From positions 2,445 through 66,444 of the forward strand of contig JALONR010000007.1 of NCBI GenBank assembly GCA_025454815.1: a stretch of 64,000 nucleotides of DNA. The letters run 5' to 3'. The stretch comes from Bacteroidales bacterium (GTDB lineage: Bacteria > Bacteroidota > Bacteroidia > Bacteroidales > VadinHA17). Of the stretch, positions 1-11,611 are shown one piece after another; positions within the stretch are counted from its first letter, which is position 1; every line of letters starts with the position of its first letter. Under the pieces are notes generated by a model. That model was not told the DNA's origin, did not search any database, and saw only the letters and a program-made list of their open reading frames with translations. The position numbers and the translations under genes are program-made.

Positions 1-3000
1 TTCCTGGATTATTCAATTGACCCTCCCCGTTACACCATTGATGAGTGTATCGAGCGCGGGCTGACCTTCAGCGTTCCGCTCAAGGCAAAACTGAAATTAT
101 ACTGCACCGATCCCGAGCACGAGGATTTCGATACGGTCATCCAGGATGTATACCTGGGTGTGATCCCCTATATGACCGAGCGCGGAACGTTCGTCATAAA
201 CGGTGCAGAAAGAGTGGTCGTTTCACAGTTGCACAGATCGCCCGGCGTATTCTTCGGCCAGAGCATCCATGCCAACGGCACCAAACTCTATTCCGCAAGG
301 ATCATCCCCTTCAAGGGTTCGTGGATAGAGTTCGCCACTGACATCAACAACGTGATGTACGCCTACATCGACAGGAAGAAAAAGCTCCCTGTCACAACAC
401 TTCTCAGGGCCATCGGGTTTGAAAGCGACAAGGATATCCTTGAAATCTTCAACCTGGCTGAGGAACATAAGGTCTCAAAAGTCAACATCAAGAAGCTCGT
501 CGGCCGCAAGCTTGCCGCCAGGGTGCTGCGCACTTGGGTGGAGGACTTCGTGGATGAGGATACCGGCGAGGTGGTCTCCATTGAGCGTAACGAGGTGGTT
601 CTCGACAGGGAGACAGTCATTGAAAATGAACATATTGACCTGATAGTCGATTCAGGGGCCAAGTCAATCCTGCTTCACCGCGATGACGTCAGCCTCTCTG
701 ACTTTGCAATCATATATAACACGCTGCAGAAAGACCCCTGCAACTCCGAAAAGGAGGCTGTGCTCTACATCTACCGCCAGCTCCGCAACGCCGAGCCGCC
801 GGATGAGGCCACTGCACGTGACATAATCGAGAAGCTCTTCTTCTCTGACAAGAGGTATGACCTGGGTGATGTAGGACGCTTCCGTATCAACCGCAAGCTC
901 AAACTCAGCATTGACATGAGCACCAAGATCCTCACCAGGGAGGATATCATTGCCATCATCCGTTACCTCATCGAGCTTATCAACTCAAAGACAGACGTTG
1001 ACGATATTGACCACCTGAGCAACAGGAGGGTCCGTACCGTCGGCGAACAGCTCTCTGCTCAGTTCAGCGTGGGTCTGGCCCGTATGGCACGTACCATCCG
1101 CGAGCGTATGAACGTGCGTGACAATGAGGTCTTCACCCCTGTTGACCTGATCAACTCGAAGACCCTCTCATCCGTCATCAACTCATTCTTCGGTACAAAC
1201 CAGCTGTCGCAGTTCATGGACCAGACTAACCCGCTTGCGGAGATAACCCACAAGCGCCGGCTCTCGGCCCTCGGCCCCGGCGGTCTGTCACGCGAACGCG
1301 CCGGATTCGAGGTGCGTGACGTGCATTACACCCACTACGGACGCCTGTGTCCCATAGAAACACCTGAAGGACCGAACATCGGTCTTATCTCCTCGCTGTG
1401 CGTATATGCCCGCATAAATGAGCTGGGTTTCATCGAGACCCCCTACCGTGACGTGAAGGAGGGAAAGGTTAATCTCAGCAATGCAGACGTGAAATGGCTG
1501 ACCGCCGAGGATGAGGAGTACCTCACCGTGGCACAGGCCAATGCACCTGTGAAGGATGACGGTGCCTTCGTCAATCCGAGAGCCAAGTCAAGGCTCGGGG
1601 CTGACTATCCGTACGAGGAGATTTCCAAGGTACAGATGATGGACGTTGCTCCCAACCAGATAGCATCAATAGCTGCATCGCTCATACCGTTCCTTGAGCA
1701 TGACGATGCCAACCGTGCACTCATGGGATCAAACATGATGCGCCAGGCAGTTCCCCTCGTAAGACCTGAGGCTCCCATAGTGGGAACAGGCCTTGAGGCT
1801 CAGGTGATCCATGACTCCCGCATCCTCATAGTAGCCGAAGGTGAAGGGGTGGTTGAATACGTTGATGCAAACGAAATTGTCATCCGGTACAGCCGCACCG
1901 ACGAAGAGAAATTCGTCAGCTTTGACGATGACATCAGGCGCTATACCCTTCCGAAGTATCACAAGACCAACCAGAACACCACCATAAACCTTATCCCCAT
2001 CGTAAGGAAGGGAGAGAAGGTTTCCAGGGGACAGGTGCTTACCGAAGGGTACGGCACCAAGAACGGTGAACTGGCACTCGGCCGCAACCTGAAGGTGGCA
2101 TTCATGCCCTGGAAGGGTTACAACTTTGAGGATGCCATCGTAATAAGCGAAAAGGTTGTGCAGGAAGACATCTTCACCTCCGTCCATATCGACGAGTACC
2201 TTCTTGAGGTACGTGACACCAAGCGCGGTATGGAGGAACTTACTTCCGACATACCCAACGTCAGCGAGGAGGCAACGAAGAATCTTGATGAGAACGGGCT
2301 TATCCGCATCGGGGCACAGATCAGGCCGGGAGACATACTCATCGGCAAGATCACCCCTAAAGGCGAATCTGATCCGTCACCCGAGGAAAAACTCCTCCGG
2401 GCCATATTCGGCGACAAGGCCGGTGATGTGAAGGATGCCTCACTGAAGGCAGGGCCGTCACTTGAAGGTGTCGTCATTGACAAGAAACTCTTCACCCGCG
2501 CCATCAAGGACCGCAAGGCCAAGACCGCAGAGAAGCCCCTTCTTGACAAGATCGATGCCGACTTCAACAGGGCAGCCGACGAGATTAAGGCAAGGCTGGT
2601 GGACAAGCTCTTCATCCTTGTCAACGGCAAGACCTCGCAGGGCGTTAAGGACTATCTCAACGTGGATATAATACCCAAGGGGGCTAAATTCACTCTGAAG
2701 CAGCTCCAGGAGATAGATTACCTGAACATCAACCCCAACAAGTGGACCACTGACAAGAAGAAAAATGACAGCATCAAACAGCTCCTTCACAACTATATCA
2801 TCAAGTACAAGGAGATAGACGGCGTCTACAAGCGCAAGAGGTACAACATTACCATCGGTGATGAACTGCCCGCAGGTATTGTCAGGCTTGCCAAGGTCTA
2901 TATTGCCAAGAAGCGCAAGATCAGGGTGGGAGACAAGATGGCCGGACGTCACGGGAACAAGGGTATCGTAGCCAAGATAGTCCGTGCTGAAGACATGCCT

Positions 3001-3603
3001 TTCCTGGCTGACGGAACCCCTGTTGACATTGTGCTTAACCCGCTTGGTGTTCCTTCACGAATGAACCTCGGACAGATATATGAAACTGTTCTCGGATGGG
3101 CCGGCAAAGAACTGGGGATGACTTTCTCAACTCCCATTTTTGACGGTGCAAAGCAGGAGGAGATCAACGGACTCACAGAAAAGGCAGGTATACCGCGCAA
3201 CGGTACAACCTACCTCTATGACGGGGGTACAGGTGAACGGTTTGACCAGCCTGCCACGGTGGGCATGATCTACATGCTGAAGCTGGGTCATATGGTTGAT
3301 GACAAGATGCATGCCCGTTCAATAGGGCCCTATTCGCTCATCACCCAGCAGCCTCTCGGAGGAAAGGCCCAGTTCGGAGGCCAGAGGTTTGGTGAGATGG
3401 AGGTCTGGGCACTCGAGGCATTCGGTGCTGCCCATATCCTTCAGGAGATTCTGACCATCAAGTCTGATGACGTGATCGGCAGGGCCAAGGCTTACGAAGC
3501 TATTGTCAAGGGCGAACCAATGCCGCTGCCCGGAATACCCGAATCGCTTAACGTGCTTCTGCACGAACTGCGCGGGCTGGGACTGAGCATCAACCTTGAG
3601 TAA
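1..3603 (+). CDS. rpoB: DNA-directed RNA polymerase subunit beta, 5'-truncated by window edge
   Basis: Frame 1 is open from nt 1 ([23 protein letters not shown]...) and runs into the 1147-aa ORF. It carries RpoB hallmark blocks [33 protein letters not shown] and [22 protein letters not shown]. Confidence 0.98.
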   Translation, partial: FLDYSIDPPRYTIDECIERGLTFSVPLKAKLKLYCTDPEHEDFDTVIQDVYLGVIPYMTERGTFVINGAERVVVSQLHRSPGVFFGQSIHANGTKLYSARIIPFKGSWIEFATDINNVMYAYIDRKKKLPVTTLLRAIGFESDKDILEIFNLAEEHKVSKVNIKKLVGRKLAARVLRTWVEDFVDEDTGEVVSIERNEVVLDRETVIENEHIDLIVDSGAKSILLHRDDVSLSDFAIIYNTLQKDPCNSEKEAVLYIYRQLRNAEPPDEATARDIIEKLFFSDKRYDLGDVGRFRINRKLKLSIDMSTKILTREDIIAIIRYLIELINSKTDVDDIDHLSNRRVRTVGEQLSAQFSVGLARMARTIRERMNVRDNEVFTPVDLINSKTLSSVINSFFGTNQLSQFMDQTNPLAEITHKRRLSALGPGGLSRERAGFEVRDVHYTHYGRLCPIETPEGPNIGLISSLCVYARINELGFIETPYRDVKEGKVNLSNADVKWLTAEDEEYLTVAQANAPVKDDGAFVNPRAKSRLGADYPYEEISKVQMMDVAPNQIASIAASLIPFLEHDDANRALMGSNMMRQAVPLVRPEAPIVGTGLEAQVIHDSRILIVAEGEGVVEYVDANEIVIRYSRTDEEKFVSFDDDIRRYTLPKYHKTNQNTTINLIPIVRKGEKVSRGQVLTEGYGTKNGELALGRNLKVAFMPWKGYNFEDAIVISEKVVQEDIFTSVHIDEYLLEVRDTKRGMEELTSDIPNVSEEATKNLDENGLIRIGAQIRPGDILIGKITPKGESDPSPEEKLLRAIFGDKAGDVKDASLKAGPSLEGVVIDKKLFTRAIKDRKAKTAEKPLLDKIDADFNRAADEIKARLVDKLFILVNGKTSQGVKDYLNVDIIPKGAKFTLKQLQEIDYLNINPNKWTTDKKKNDSIKQLLHNYIIKYKEIDGVYKRKRYNITIGDELPAGIVRLAKVYIAKKRKIRVGDKMAGRHGNKGIVAKIVRAEDMPFLADGTPVDIVLNPLGVPSRMNLGQIYETVLGWAGKELGMTFSTPIFDGAKQEEINGLTEKAGIPRNGTTYLYDGGTGERFDQPATVGMIYMLKLGHMVDDKMHARSIGPYSLITQQPLGGKAQFGGQRFGEMEVWALEAFGAAHILQEILTIKSDDVIGRAKAYEAIVKGEPMPLPGIPESLNVLLHELRGLGLSINLE

Positions 3604-3646
3604 TTTAAGCTGAGGATTCACACAAGACAAAAAACGAAAACACAAT

Positions 3647-6600
3647 ATGTCATTCAGAAGGGATAACAAACAGAAGACCAGCTATACGAAAATCTCGATA
3701 GGTCTGGCATCGCCGGAGGAGATTCTTGACAAGTCAAGCGGTGAGGTCCTGAAGCCTGAGACAATTAACTACCGTACCTACAAGCCTGAACGTGACGGCC
3801 TCTTCTGCGAGAGGATCTTCGGACCGGTAAAGGACTATGAATGCCATTGCGGAAAATACAAGAGGATACGTTACAAGGGTATCGTCTGCGACCGCTGCGG
3901 CGTTGAGGTTACGGAAAAGAAGGTAAGGCGTGAGCGGATGGGACACATCTCGCTGGTGGTGCCCGTGGCCCATATCTGGTATTTCAGGTCACTGCCCAAC
4001 AAGATAGGATATCTTCTCGGCCTGCCGACGAAGAAGCTTGACAGTATCATTTACTATGAAAGGTATGTGGTCATCAACCCGGGAGTAAAAGCCGTTGACG
4101 GAGTCAAGTACCTTGATTTCCTCTCAGAGGAAGAGTACATGGAGATAGTGGAGACCCTGCCGAAGGAGAACCAGTATCTTGATGATGACCATCCTGACAA
4201 GTTTGTTGCCGAGATGGGAGCGGAGGCTCTCTACAAGCTCCTCGGAAAACTCGACCTTGATGAGCTTTCATATTCACTTCGCCACCGCGCCAATACCGAG
4301 ACATCGCAGCAGCGCAAGAGCGAGGCTCTCAAGAGACTGCAGGTTGTGGAAGCATTCAGGGAGTCAAAGAACGTAAACAGGCCCGAATGGATGATCGTCA
4401 AGATCGTCCCGGTAATTCCGCCCGAACTGAGGCCTCTGGTTCCTCTCGATGGCGGCCGTTTCGCCACAAGCGACCTCAACGACCTCTACCGCAGGGTGAT
4501 CATCCGCAATAACCGTCTCAAGAGACTCATAGAGATCAAGGCACCTGAAGTTATCCTCCGCAACGAAAAGAGGATGCTCCAGGAAGCTGTTGACTCGCTG
4601 TTTGACAACTCACGCAAGGCCAACGCCGTCAAGACTGACGCCAACAGGCCTCTCAAGTCGCTCTCTGACAGCCTTAAGGGAAAACAGGGACGATTCCGCC
4701 AGAACCTTCTCGGTAAGAGGGTTGACTACTCGGCCCGTTCGGTTATCGTCGTCGGTCCGGAGCTCAAGCTTCACGAAACCGGTATCCCGAAGGATATGGC
4801 AGCCGAGCTTTACAAGCCGTTCGTTATCCGCAAGCTCATTGAACGCGGCATCGTCAAGACGGTCAAGAGCGCAAAAAAGATTGTAGACCGCAAGGATCCG
4901 GTGGTATGGGACATTCTTGAGAACGTTCTCAAGGGCCACCCGGTGCTGCTCAACCGTGCCCCGACACTTCACAGGCTTGGTATCCAGGCCTTCCAGCCGA
5001 AGCTCATTGAGGGCAAGGCGATTCAGCTGCACCCGCTTGTATGTACGGCTTTCAACGCCGACTTCGACGGTGACCAGATGGCAGTGCACCTGCCCCTTGG
5101 CAACTCGGCAATACTGGAGGCACAGATGCTGATGCTGGCATCGCACAACATCCTTAACCCGGCCAACGGTGCGCCAATCACTGTCCCCTCACAGGACATG
5201 GTCCTCGGGCTTTACTATATCACCAAGGCCCGCAAAAGCACCGAATCCATAAAGGTCAAGGGAGAAGGCTCAGTATTCTATTCCCATGAGGAAGTACGGA
5301 TAGCCTATAACGAGAATAAGGTGGACCTCCATGCCATCATTAAGGTAAAGGTTGACGACGTTGTTGACGGTAAAAAGGTTAACCACCTGATAGAGACTAC
5401 GGTAGGACGCGTCCTTTTCAATGAGTTCGTTCCCGCGGAAGTTGGTTATATCAATGAGCTTCTGACAAAGAAATCATTGAGGGATATCATCGGCACCGTG
5501 CTCAAGAAGGCCGGCACTGCAAAAACCGCCGACTTCCTCGATGCCATCAAGGACCTCGGGTTCCGCATGGCGTTCACCGGGGGTCTTTCGTTCAACCTTG
5601 ACGACGTCATCATCCCCAGGGAGAAGGAGATGTTCGTGCAGGAGGGATATGAGCAGGTTGACGAGGTGCTCTCCAACTACAGCATGGGCTTCATCACCAA
5701 CAATGAAAGGTACAACCAGATCATTGACATCTGGACCCACGTCAACGCACGCCTGACCCAGAGCCTGATGAAGCAGCTGTCAAATGACAAGCAGGGCTTC
5801 AACTCGGTCTATATGATGCTTGACTCCGGTGCAAGGGGCTCGAAGGAACAGATACGTCAGCTCTCCGGCATGAGGGGCCTTATGGCCAAGCCTCAGAAAT
5901 CGGGCTCCACAGGTTCAGAAATCATTGAGAACCCGATCCTTTCAAACTTCAAGGAGGGTCTGTCGGTTCTTGAGTACTTCATCTCAACCCACGGTGCACG
6001 TAAGGGTCTTGCCGACACGGCTCTCAAGACCGCTGATGCAGGTTACCTTACCCGCCGTCTCGTTGACGTGTCGCAGGATGTGATCATCACCGAGGAGGAC
6101 TGCGGAACGTTGCGCGGCCTGGTGGCTACAGCAATCAAGAACAACGAAGAGATAGTTGAATCGCTCTACGAGAGGATCCTCGGACGTACCACTGTCCATG
6201 ATATCTACAACCCGCTCACAGGAGACCTTATTGTTACAGCAGGGGAGGAGATCACCGAAGATGTGGCAAACCGCATTGACGATTCACCCATCGAACAGGT
6301 GGAAATACGTTCGGTGCTTACCTGTGAATCAAAGAAGGGAGTCTGTGCCAAGTGTTACGGTCGTAACCTCGCCACCGGAAGGATGGTTCAGAAGGGAGAA
6401 GCGGTGGGCGTCATCGCAGCACAGAGTATCGGTGAACCCGGAACCCAGCTTACCCTTCGTACATTCCACGTGGGTGGTACTGCATCCAATATCACCACTG
6501 AATCAAGCCTTGTCGCAAGATACGGCGGTATCGCGGTCATAGAGGAGGTAAGAACAGTCACGAAAAAGGATCCTGAAAAGGGTAACGTGGATATAGTGAT

Positions 6601-7942
6601 CGGCCGCCTCGGCGAGCTCCGTATCATTGACAAGACAACCGGAATCGCCCTGACAACCCATACCGTACCCTACGGAAGCAGGCTTTACATTAAGCCCAAC
6701 CAGGAGGTACACAAGGGCGATCTCATCTGCGAATGGGATCCGTTCAACGCAGTAATCATCTCAGAAGTTGCAGGTAAGGTTGCTTTTGACTACCTCATTG
6801 AAGGGGTCACCTTCCGTGAGGAGTCAGACGAGCAGACCGGATTCAAGGAGAAGGTGATCATCGAGAGCAGGGACAAAACCAAAAACCCGACCATCAAGAT
6901 CATGTCTCCGGAGGGTGTCGAGATCAAGTCGTATAACCTTCCCGTGGGAGCACACCTGGTTACCGATCTCAACAAGACGGTGGATGCAGGTGACACCATC
7001 GTCAAGATCCCGAGGGCTGTAGGCAAGTCAGGTGACATCACAGGTGGTCTGCCGCGCGTAACAGAACTCTTCGAAGCCCGTAACCCGTCGAACCCGGCTA
7101 TCGTGACAGAGATTGACGGTGAGGTAACCTACGGCAAGATCAAGAGGGGGAACAGGGAGATAACCATCACCTCCAAGTCCGGAGAGATGAAGAAGTATCT
7201 TGTCCCCCTGTCAAAACAGATACTTGTACAGGAGAATGACTATGTCAGGGCCGGTACGCCGCTCTCTGACGGCGCCATCACTCCTTCGGACATTCTTGCC
7301 ATCAAGGGCCCGACAAAGGTTCAGGAGTATATTGTCAATGAGATCCAGGAGGTATACCGTCTCCAGGGTGTGAAGATCAATGACAAGCACTTTGAAACCA
7401 TCGTCAGGCAGATGATGCGCAAGGTTGAGATCATTGACCCGGGTGACACCAAGTTCCTTGAACGCCAGGTTGTTGACAAACTTGAGTTCATGGATGAAAA
7501 CGACTGGGTATATGGCAAGAAGATTGTCCTGGAGGCTGGAGACAGCCAGACACTGAAGCCTGGCATGGTTATCACAGCCCGCAAACTCAGGGATGAAAAT
7601 TCGCTGCTGAAGCGCCGTGACCTCAAGCTGATTGAGGCCAGGGATGCCGTACCGGCTACATCACAGCAGGTGCTGCAGGGTATCACCCGCGCAGCTCTCC
7701 AGACGAACAGCTTCTTCTCTGCTGCATCATTCCAGGAGACAACAAAGGTGCTTAATGAGGCTGCCATACTCGGTAAGATAGACTTCCTTGAAGGTCTCAA
7801 GGAGAATGTCATCGTGGGGCATCTCATACCTGCAGGTACCGGTCTGAGGGAGTACAACAACATCATTGTCGGCTCACTTGACGACTATGAGTCACTTGTA
7901 CATGCCGGACAGCAGACCGCCAGTGAGGTAGAACAGAACTAA
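3647..7942 (+). CDS. rpoC: DNA-directed RNA polymerase subunit beta'
   Basis: 1431-aa ORF starting 43 nt after the rpoB stop. It has the Zn-ribbon [20 protein letters not shown] and the catalytic motif [12 protein letters not shown]. Confidence 0.98.
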   Translation: MSFRRDNKQKTSYTKISIGLASPEEILDKSSGEVLKPETINYRTYKPERDGLFCERIFGPVKDYECHCGKYKRIRYKGIVCDRCGVEVTEKKVRRERMGHISLVVPVAHIWYFRSLPNKIGYLLGLPTKKLDSIIYYERYVVINPGVKAVDGVKYLDFLSEEEYMEIVETLPKENQYLDDDHPDKFVAEMGAEALYKLLGKLDLDELSYSLRHRANTETSQQRKSEALKRLQVVEAFRESKNVNRPEWMIVKIVPVIPPELRPLVPLDGGRFATSDLNDLYRRVIIRNNRLKRLIEIKAPEVILRNEKRMLQEAVDSLFDNSRKANAVKTDANRPLKSLSDSLKGKQGRFRQNLLGKRVDYSARSVIVVGPELKLHETGIPKDMAAELYKPFVIRKLIERGIVKTVKSAKKIVDRKDPVVWDILENVLKGHPVLLNRAPTLHRLGIQAFQPKLIEGKAIQLHPLVCTAFNADFDGDQMAVHLPLGNSAILEAQMLMLASHNILNPANGAPITVPSQDMVLGLYYITKARKSTESIKVKGEGSVFYSHEEVRIAYNENKVDLHAIIKVKVDDVVDGKKVNHLIETTVGRVLFNEFVPAEVGYINELLTKKSLRDIIGTVLKKAGTAKTADFLDAIKDLGFRMAFTGGLSFNLDDVIIPREKEMFVQEGYEQVDEVLSNYSMGFITNNERYNQIIDIWTHVNARLTQSLMKQLSNDKQGFNSVYMMLDSGARGSKEQIRQLSGMRGLMAKPQKSGSTGSEIIENPILSNFKEGLSVLEYFISTHGARKGLADTALKTADAGYLTRRLVDVSQDVIITEEDCGTLRGLVATAIKNNEEIVESLYERILGRTTVHDIYNPLTGDLIVTAGEEITEDVANRIDDSPIEQVEIRSVLTCESKKGVCAKCYGRNLATGRMVQKGEAVGVIAAQSIGEPGTQLTLRTFHVGGTASNITTESSLVARYGGIAVIEEVRTVTKKDPEKGNVDIVIGRLGELRIIDKTTGIALTTHTVPYGSRLYIKPNQEVHKGDLICEWDPFNAVIISEVAGKVAFDYLIEGVTFREESDEQTGFKEKVIIESRDKTKNPTIKIMSPEGVEIKSYNLPVGAHLVTDLNKTVDAGDTIVKIPRAVGKSGDITGGLPRVTELFEARNPSNPAIVTEIDGEVTYGKIKRGNREITITSKSGEMKKYLVPLSKQILVQENDYVRAGTPLSDGAITPSDILAIKGPTKVQEYIVNEIQEVYRLQGVKINDKHFETIVRQMMRKVEIIDPGDTKFLERQVVDKLEFMDENDWVYGKKIVLEAGDSQTLKPGMVITARKLRDENSLLKRRDLKLIEARDAVPATSQQVLQGITRAALQTNSFFSAASFQETTKVLNEAAILGKIDFLEGLKENVIVGHLIPAGTGLREYNNIIVGSLDDYESLVHAGQQTASEVEQN

Positions 7943-7954
7943 AAGAATGATATC

Positions 7955-8272
7955 ATGCCGGAAAACAAGAACCAGGGCCAGTTTAATATCGAACTCACCG
8001 AAGATGTCGCCGAGGGCATATATTCAAACCTGGCGGTAATAACACACTCGCCCGCCGAGTTTGTCATTGACTTCATAAGGATTATGCCTGGAGTACCGAA
8101 ATCAAAAGTAAAGTCAAGGATTATTCTTACTCCGGAGCATGCAAAGAGGTTTGTTGCTGCTCTCAGTGACAACATCTCAAAGTATGAGGCCGTTCACGGT
8201 CCCATTCGCGAGGTCAAGGGCTCCGGCCCTGTTATGCCTTTCACCTTCGGAGGGCCGACAGCACAGGCATGA
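7955..8272 (+). CDS. DUF3467-like small protein co-transcribed with rpoBC
   Basis: 105-aa ORF starting 12 nt after the rpoC stop. The segment FNIELTEDVAEGIYSNLAVITHSPAEFVIDF matches my memory of the DUF3467 family that follows rpoC in Bacteroidota. A terminator lies immediately downstream. Confidence 0.8.
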   Translation: MPENKNQGQFNIELTEDVAEGIYSNLAVITHSPAEFVIDFIRIMPGVPKSKVKSRIILTPEHAKRFVAALSDNISKYEAVHGPIREVKGSGPVMPFTFGGPTAQA

Positions 8273-8293
8273 TTCATGAATAAACTGAAGATT

Positions 8294-8327
8294 AGCCAGT
8301 TGAGAAATCAACTGGCTTTCTTTTTTG
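8294..8327 (+). terminator. Rho-independent terminator of the rpoBC-DUF3467 operon
   Basis: Perfect 10-bp stem AGCCAGTTGA / TCAACTGGCT with a GAAA tetraloop, followed by TTCTTTTTTGG. Confidence 0.85.
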
Positions 8328-8377
8328 GAGAGACCGAAAATAAACCGTATTTTGCACTGTCTAAACAGCTCATGACC

Positions 8378-8587
8378 ATGAAAGGAAAGAGGATAGCGGC
8401 TAACATAGCCCTGGTTTTCATAGTAGCAGCCGGGATAATACTTACGGGGAGTTGCAAGAAACAGCACAAATGCGGGTGTGACGGCGATGCACTTGACACA
8501 CTTAAGTCTGTACATGTCTATATATCGTATGATGCAGTCAACAAGACTGCTACTTCTGCAATCCCTCCGAATGGATCAGTGAACTGA
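8378..8587 (+). CDS. small Cys-rich lipoprotein, apparently frameshifted (possible pseudogene)
   Basis: Signal peptide plus lipobox MKGKRIAANIALVFIVAAGIILTGSC. The ORF-track start at 8276 would read through the terminator hairpin, so 8378 is preferred. A second frame is open from 8533 and continues with protein-like sequence (see findings). Confidence 0.45.
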   Translation: MKGKRIAANIALVFIVAAGIILTGSCKKQHKCGCDGDALDTLKSVHVYISYDAVNKTATSAIPPNGSVN

Positions 8588-8685
8588 CCAAGTTCAGCCA
8601 GGGTGAAGAGATACTTGTCTCAGGGCCATATTTTTACGAGTGCAATTACCTCATGAACAGCAGCAACTCATATGGTTACAGTTAT

Positions 8686-9495
8686 ATGAGGATTTACCAG
8701 GCTCAGATTACCGGTGTTGCTGCATATGATTACTTTATCGGCGCGGGTAACGTGGCGGAGTCACTTGCCACCGGGCTTGCCGCCTGCGGCCACAGGATAG
8801 TATCAGTTTCTTCACGTAACGGTCTTAACGCAAAGGCGCTGGCATCTGCCACAGGGGCGGAATGGAGGGATGATCTTACTCTTCCCGGCAAATGTGATGT
8901 GGTGATCATTTCAGTAACCGATTCGGCAGTGGCACAGGTGGCATCCGCACTGGTTGTCCCGGAAGGTACAGTCATAGCCCATACAGCAGGCAGCGTCCCC
9001 CTGGAAGCGCTTGGCCGTAAATCCGGCGCGGGTGTCTTCTATCCTTTGCAGACATTCACAAAAGGATTTCCGCCGGACCTGAAAAAAGTCCCCTTCTTCA
9101 TTGAAGCTACCGACAAACGGACGCTGGGGATACTGAAGCAGATGGGAGAAACAATAGGTGCCGGAGCCTGGGAATGTGATTCAAAGTCAAGGAAGCAGCT
9201 ACATGTGGCAGCCGTCTTTACCAACAACTTCTCGAATTATATGATGACAACAGGTGAGTCGATTGCTTCCGCGGCGGGCATTGACCCACGGCTTTTACGT
9301 CCGCTGATGGAGGAGACTGTCAGAAAGGCACTGAGAACCGGTCCCGAAGCTGCCCAGACAGGACCTGCCGTGCGACATGATGCCGGCACTGTTGAAAGTC
9401 ATATCGATTTGTTATCTTTCTCACCTCAATACAGGAAACTTTACCGGCTGGTAAGCAGAATGATAGCCGGTCATTACAGCAAAGCGAAAAAATGA
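8686..9495 (+). CDS. Rossmann-like / DUF2520 domain protein (NADP-oxidoreductase-like)
   Basis: Contains FIGAGNVAESLATGL (GxGxxA dinucleotide fold) and a C-terminal QTGPAVRHD block typical of DUF2520. The start is ambiguous (ATG at 8653 or 8686) because the frame is open upstream to 8533. Confidence 0.8.
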   Translation: MRIYQAQITGVAAYDYFIGAGNVAESLATGLAACGHRIVSVSSRNGLNAKALASATGAEWRDDLTLPGKCDVVIISVTDSAVAQVASALVVPEGTVIAHTAGSVPLEALGRKSGAGVFYPLQTFTKGFPPDLKKVPFFIEATDKRTLGILKQMGETIGAGAWECDSKSRKQLHVAAVFTNNFSNYMMTTGESIASAAGIDPRLLRPLMEETVRKALRTGPEAAQTGPAVRHDAGTVESHIDLLSFSPQYRKLYRLVSRMIAGHYSKAKK

Positions 9496-10013
9496 CCAAC
9501 TTCAAGGAAGAGCTGCGGGGGGTTAAGGCCTTCATCTTTGACATCGACGGTGTACTTTCAACACAGACTATCGCATTGTCAGTCTGGGGAATACCGTTGC
9601 GTACCGTCAACCTCAGGGACGGGTATGCAATACAGCTTGCCGTGAAAAAAGGATACCATGTGGGGGTGATTTCAGGAGCCAACTCGAAGGAGTATATCAA
9701 GCGTTTGAAAATATTGGGAGTCAATGATATATATCTGAATTCACGCACCAAGACGGAAAGCCTTAAGGAGCTTGTGGCCAAATGGAACGTTGACCCGGCA
9801 AAAGTCCTTTACATGGGGGATGACATACCTGATTATGAAGCCATGAAGATGGTTGGCCTGCCTGCCTGCCCGGCAGATGCTGACAGTGAGATAAAACAGA
9901 TTGCGGTTTACATTTCCGACAAAAAAGGGGGTGAAGGATGTGTTCGCGATGTTATAGAACAGGCACTCCGGCTACACAAAAACTGGATGGATCATGAAGC
10001 ATTCTCGTGGTGA
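9492..10013 (+). CDS. kdsC: HAD-IIIA phosphatase, KDO-8-phosphate phosphatase-like
   Basis: Contains FIFDIDGVLS (DxDG nucleophile motif) and GDDIPDYEAM. The size is 173 aa and the start overlaps the upstream stop as ATGA. Confidence 0.8.
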   Translation: MTNFKEELRGVKAFIFDIDGVLSTQTIALSVWGIPLRTVNLRDGYAIQLAVKKGYHVGVISGANSKEYIKRLKILGVNDIYLNSRTKTESLKELVAKWNVDPAKVLYMGDDIPDYEAMKMVGLPACPADADSEIKQIAVYISDKKGGEGCVRDVIEQALRLHKNWMDHEAFSW

Positions 10014-11004
10014 GAGGTTGAGAGACCTGCTTGATCTGGTCAGGCTGCCCAACCTGGTGGTGGTGGCACTGACTATGATACTGATCAGATACGCGGTCAT
10101 CAGGCCTCTGCTCGGCGCCATACCGGTGTACCTGGCTGGTGACCCGGTGGTATCAGCCGTGATGGAATTCAGGCTTGGCTGGATTGACTTTCTGATTCTG
10201 GTAGTCTCAACGTGCCTTATCACTGCGGCCGGTTACGTCATAAATGACTATTTTGATATCCGAGCTGACCTTATCAACAAGGGTACGATCATTGTCGGTA
10301 ACACCGTCACCCGGCGTATGGCAATGCTGTATCACAATGTATTAAACATCCTGGGGGTAACAGGCGGCACTTACGTATCTGCCCGGATTGGCTACATATG
10401 GCTGGGAATCTTTTTTGTCCTTATCTCAGGGCTTCTCTATTTCTATTCCGCAACCTACAAGAGGCAGTTTCTGATCGGGAATATCATCGTTGCCCTTCTT
10501 GTGGCTGCGGTGCCGATGGTGGTCGTGGTCTATGACGCTGCACCTGTCTACGCCTTCTATTCACAGGCTGCAGTAGATTTCCCCGGAGTGGCAATACTCT
10601 TCTGGTGGGTTGGAGGCTTTGCCCTGTTTGCATTCCTGACCACTCTCATCCGTGAAATAATCAAGGATATGGAAGACTGCGAAGGAGACAGGGAGACCGG
10701 CAGAAAGACTCTTCCGGTCATTTCGGGTCTTCTTGCATGCAGAACGGTTGTCGTCTTCCTGTCTGTTGCCACCGTTGCCCTGCTCTATTTCGTATGGTTC
10801 AGGTATCTTAATGATACAATCACACTTGTCTATATATCCCTGCTTCTTACCATCCCCTTTATCATAGTGATAACAAGGGTGGTAAGCAGCAATGAGAAGA
10901 GGCACCTTCACTTTGCCAGCAGGATGATGAAGCTGATCATGCTTGCGGGAATACTCTATTCATTTGTTGCAGGTGCCATCATCTCTTCAGGCAAAATTCT
11001 CTAG
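9994..11004 (+). CDS. UbiA-family prenyltransferase (integral membrane)
   Basis: NDYFDIRAD (NxxxDxxxD) motif with multiple hydrophobic helices over 336 aa. Confidence 0.85.
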   Translation: MKHSRGERLRDLLDLVRLPNLVVVALTMILIRYAVIRPLLGAIPVYLAGDPVVSAVMEFRLGWIDFLILVVSTCLITAAGYVINDYFDIRADLINKGTIIVGNTVTRRMAMLYHNVLNILGVTGGTYVSARIGYIWLGIFFVLISGLLYFYSATYKRQFLIGNIIVALLVAAVPMVVVVYDAAPVYAFYSQAAVDFPGVAILFWWVGGFALFAFLTTLIREIIKDMEDCEGDRETGRKTLPVISGLLACRTVVVFLSVATVALLYFVWFRYLNDTITLVYISLLLTIPFIIVITRVVSSNEKRHLHFASRMMKLIMLAGILYSFVAGAIISSGKIL

Positions 11005-11005
11005 G

Positions 11006-11611
11006 ATGCTATCTGACGGTTTGGAGCACATCGATCTCATTCTTGCATCGGCCTCACCCAGACGCCGGCAGCTCATGGAGGAGGCCGGGTTCAGGTTCAG
11101 GGTGGCTGTTACCATGTTTGATGAGAGTTATCCCCCGCACCTCCGGGGAAAGGAGATAGCTGAATTCCTTGCTGAAGGGAAGGCAGATTCATGGAATGAG
11201 CCGCTTGCTCCGGGGCAGGTCCTGATTACCGCTGATACGATAGTCTGGTGCCATGGTATAAATCTGGGCAAGCCTGCTGATGATGCCGAGGCAATGAGTT
11301 TCCTGAGGCAGCTTTCAGGATGCAGGCATGAGGTCATTACCGGCATCTGCCTCAGATCTGCTGATGACAGGACGGTATTCTCTGTTACCACAGGGGTGAA
11401 CTTCAGGCATCTCGGAGATGACGAGATAGAATACTACGTACTGAACTACCGTCCTCATGACAAGGCAGGCGCTTACGGCATCCAGGAATGGATCGGCCTC
11501 AGGGGCATCACTACCATTGAAGGGTCTTACTACAATGTGGTGGGATTGCCTGTAAGTGAGCTTTTTACCGAATTGATACGCTTTACGAAAAACAAAACAA
11601 GACCGATATGA
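11006..11611 (+). CDS. maf: Maf-like nucleoside triphosphate pyrophosphatase
   Basis: Contains LILASASPRRRQLMEEAGF and AGAYGIQE motifs. The ATG at 11006 removes the overlap with ubiA that the ORF-track start at 10943 would create. Confidence 0.9.
   Translation: MLSDGLEHIDLILASASPRRRQLMEEAGFRFRVAVTMFDESYPPHLRGKEIAEFLAEGKADSWNEPLAPGQVLITADTIVWCHGINLGKPADDAEAMSFLRQLSGCRHEVITGICLRSADDRTVFSVTTGVNFRHLGDDEIEYYVLNYRPHDKAGAYGIQEWIGLRGITTIEGSYYNVVGLPVSELFTELIRFTKNKTRPI

Noticed and set aside
8276-8377. ORF-track start of the lipoprotein ORF at 8276.
   Set aside because: This stretch contains the rpoBC operon terminator hairpin and T-run (8294-8327). The signal peptide and lipobox begin at the Met at 8378.
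10943-11005. Upstream extension of the maf ORF (MREYSIHLLQVPSSLQAKFSR).
   Set aside because: It lies entirely within the 3' end of the UbiA-family gene in another frame. Maf homologues begin near the LILASASPRR motif, so the ATG at 11006 is used.
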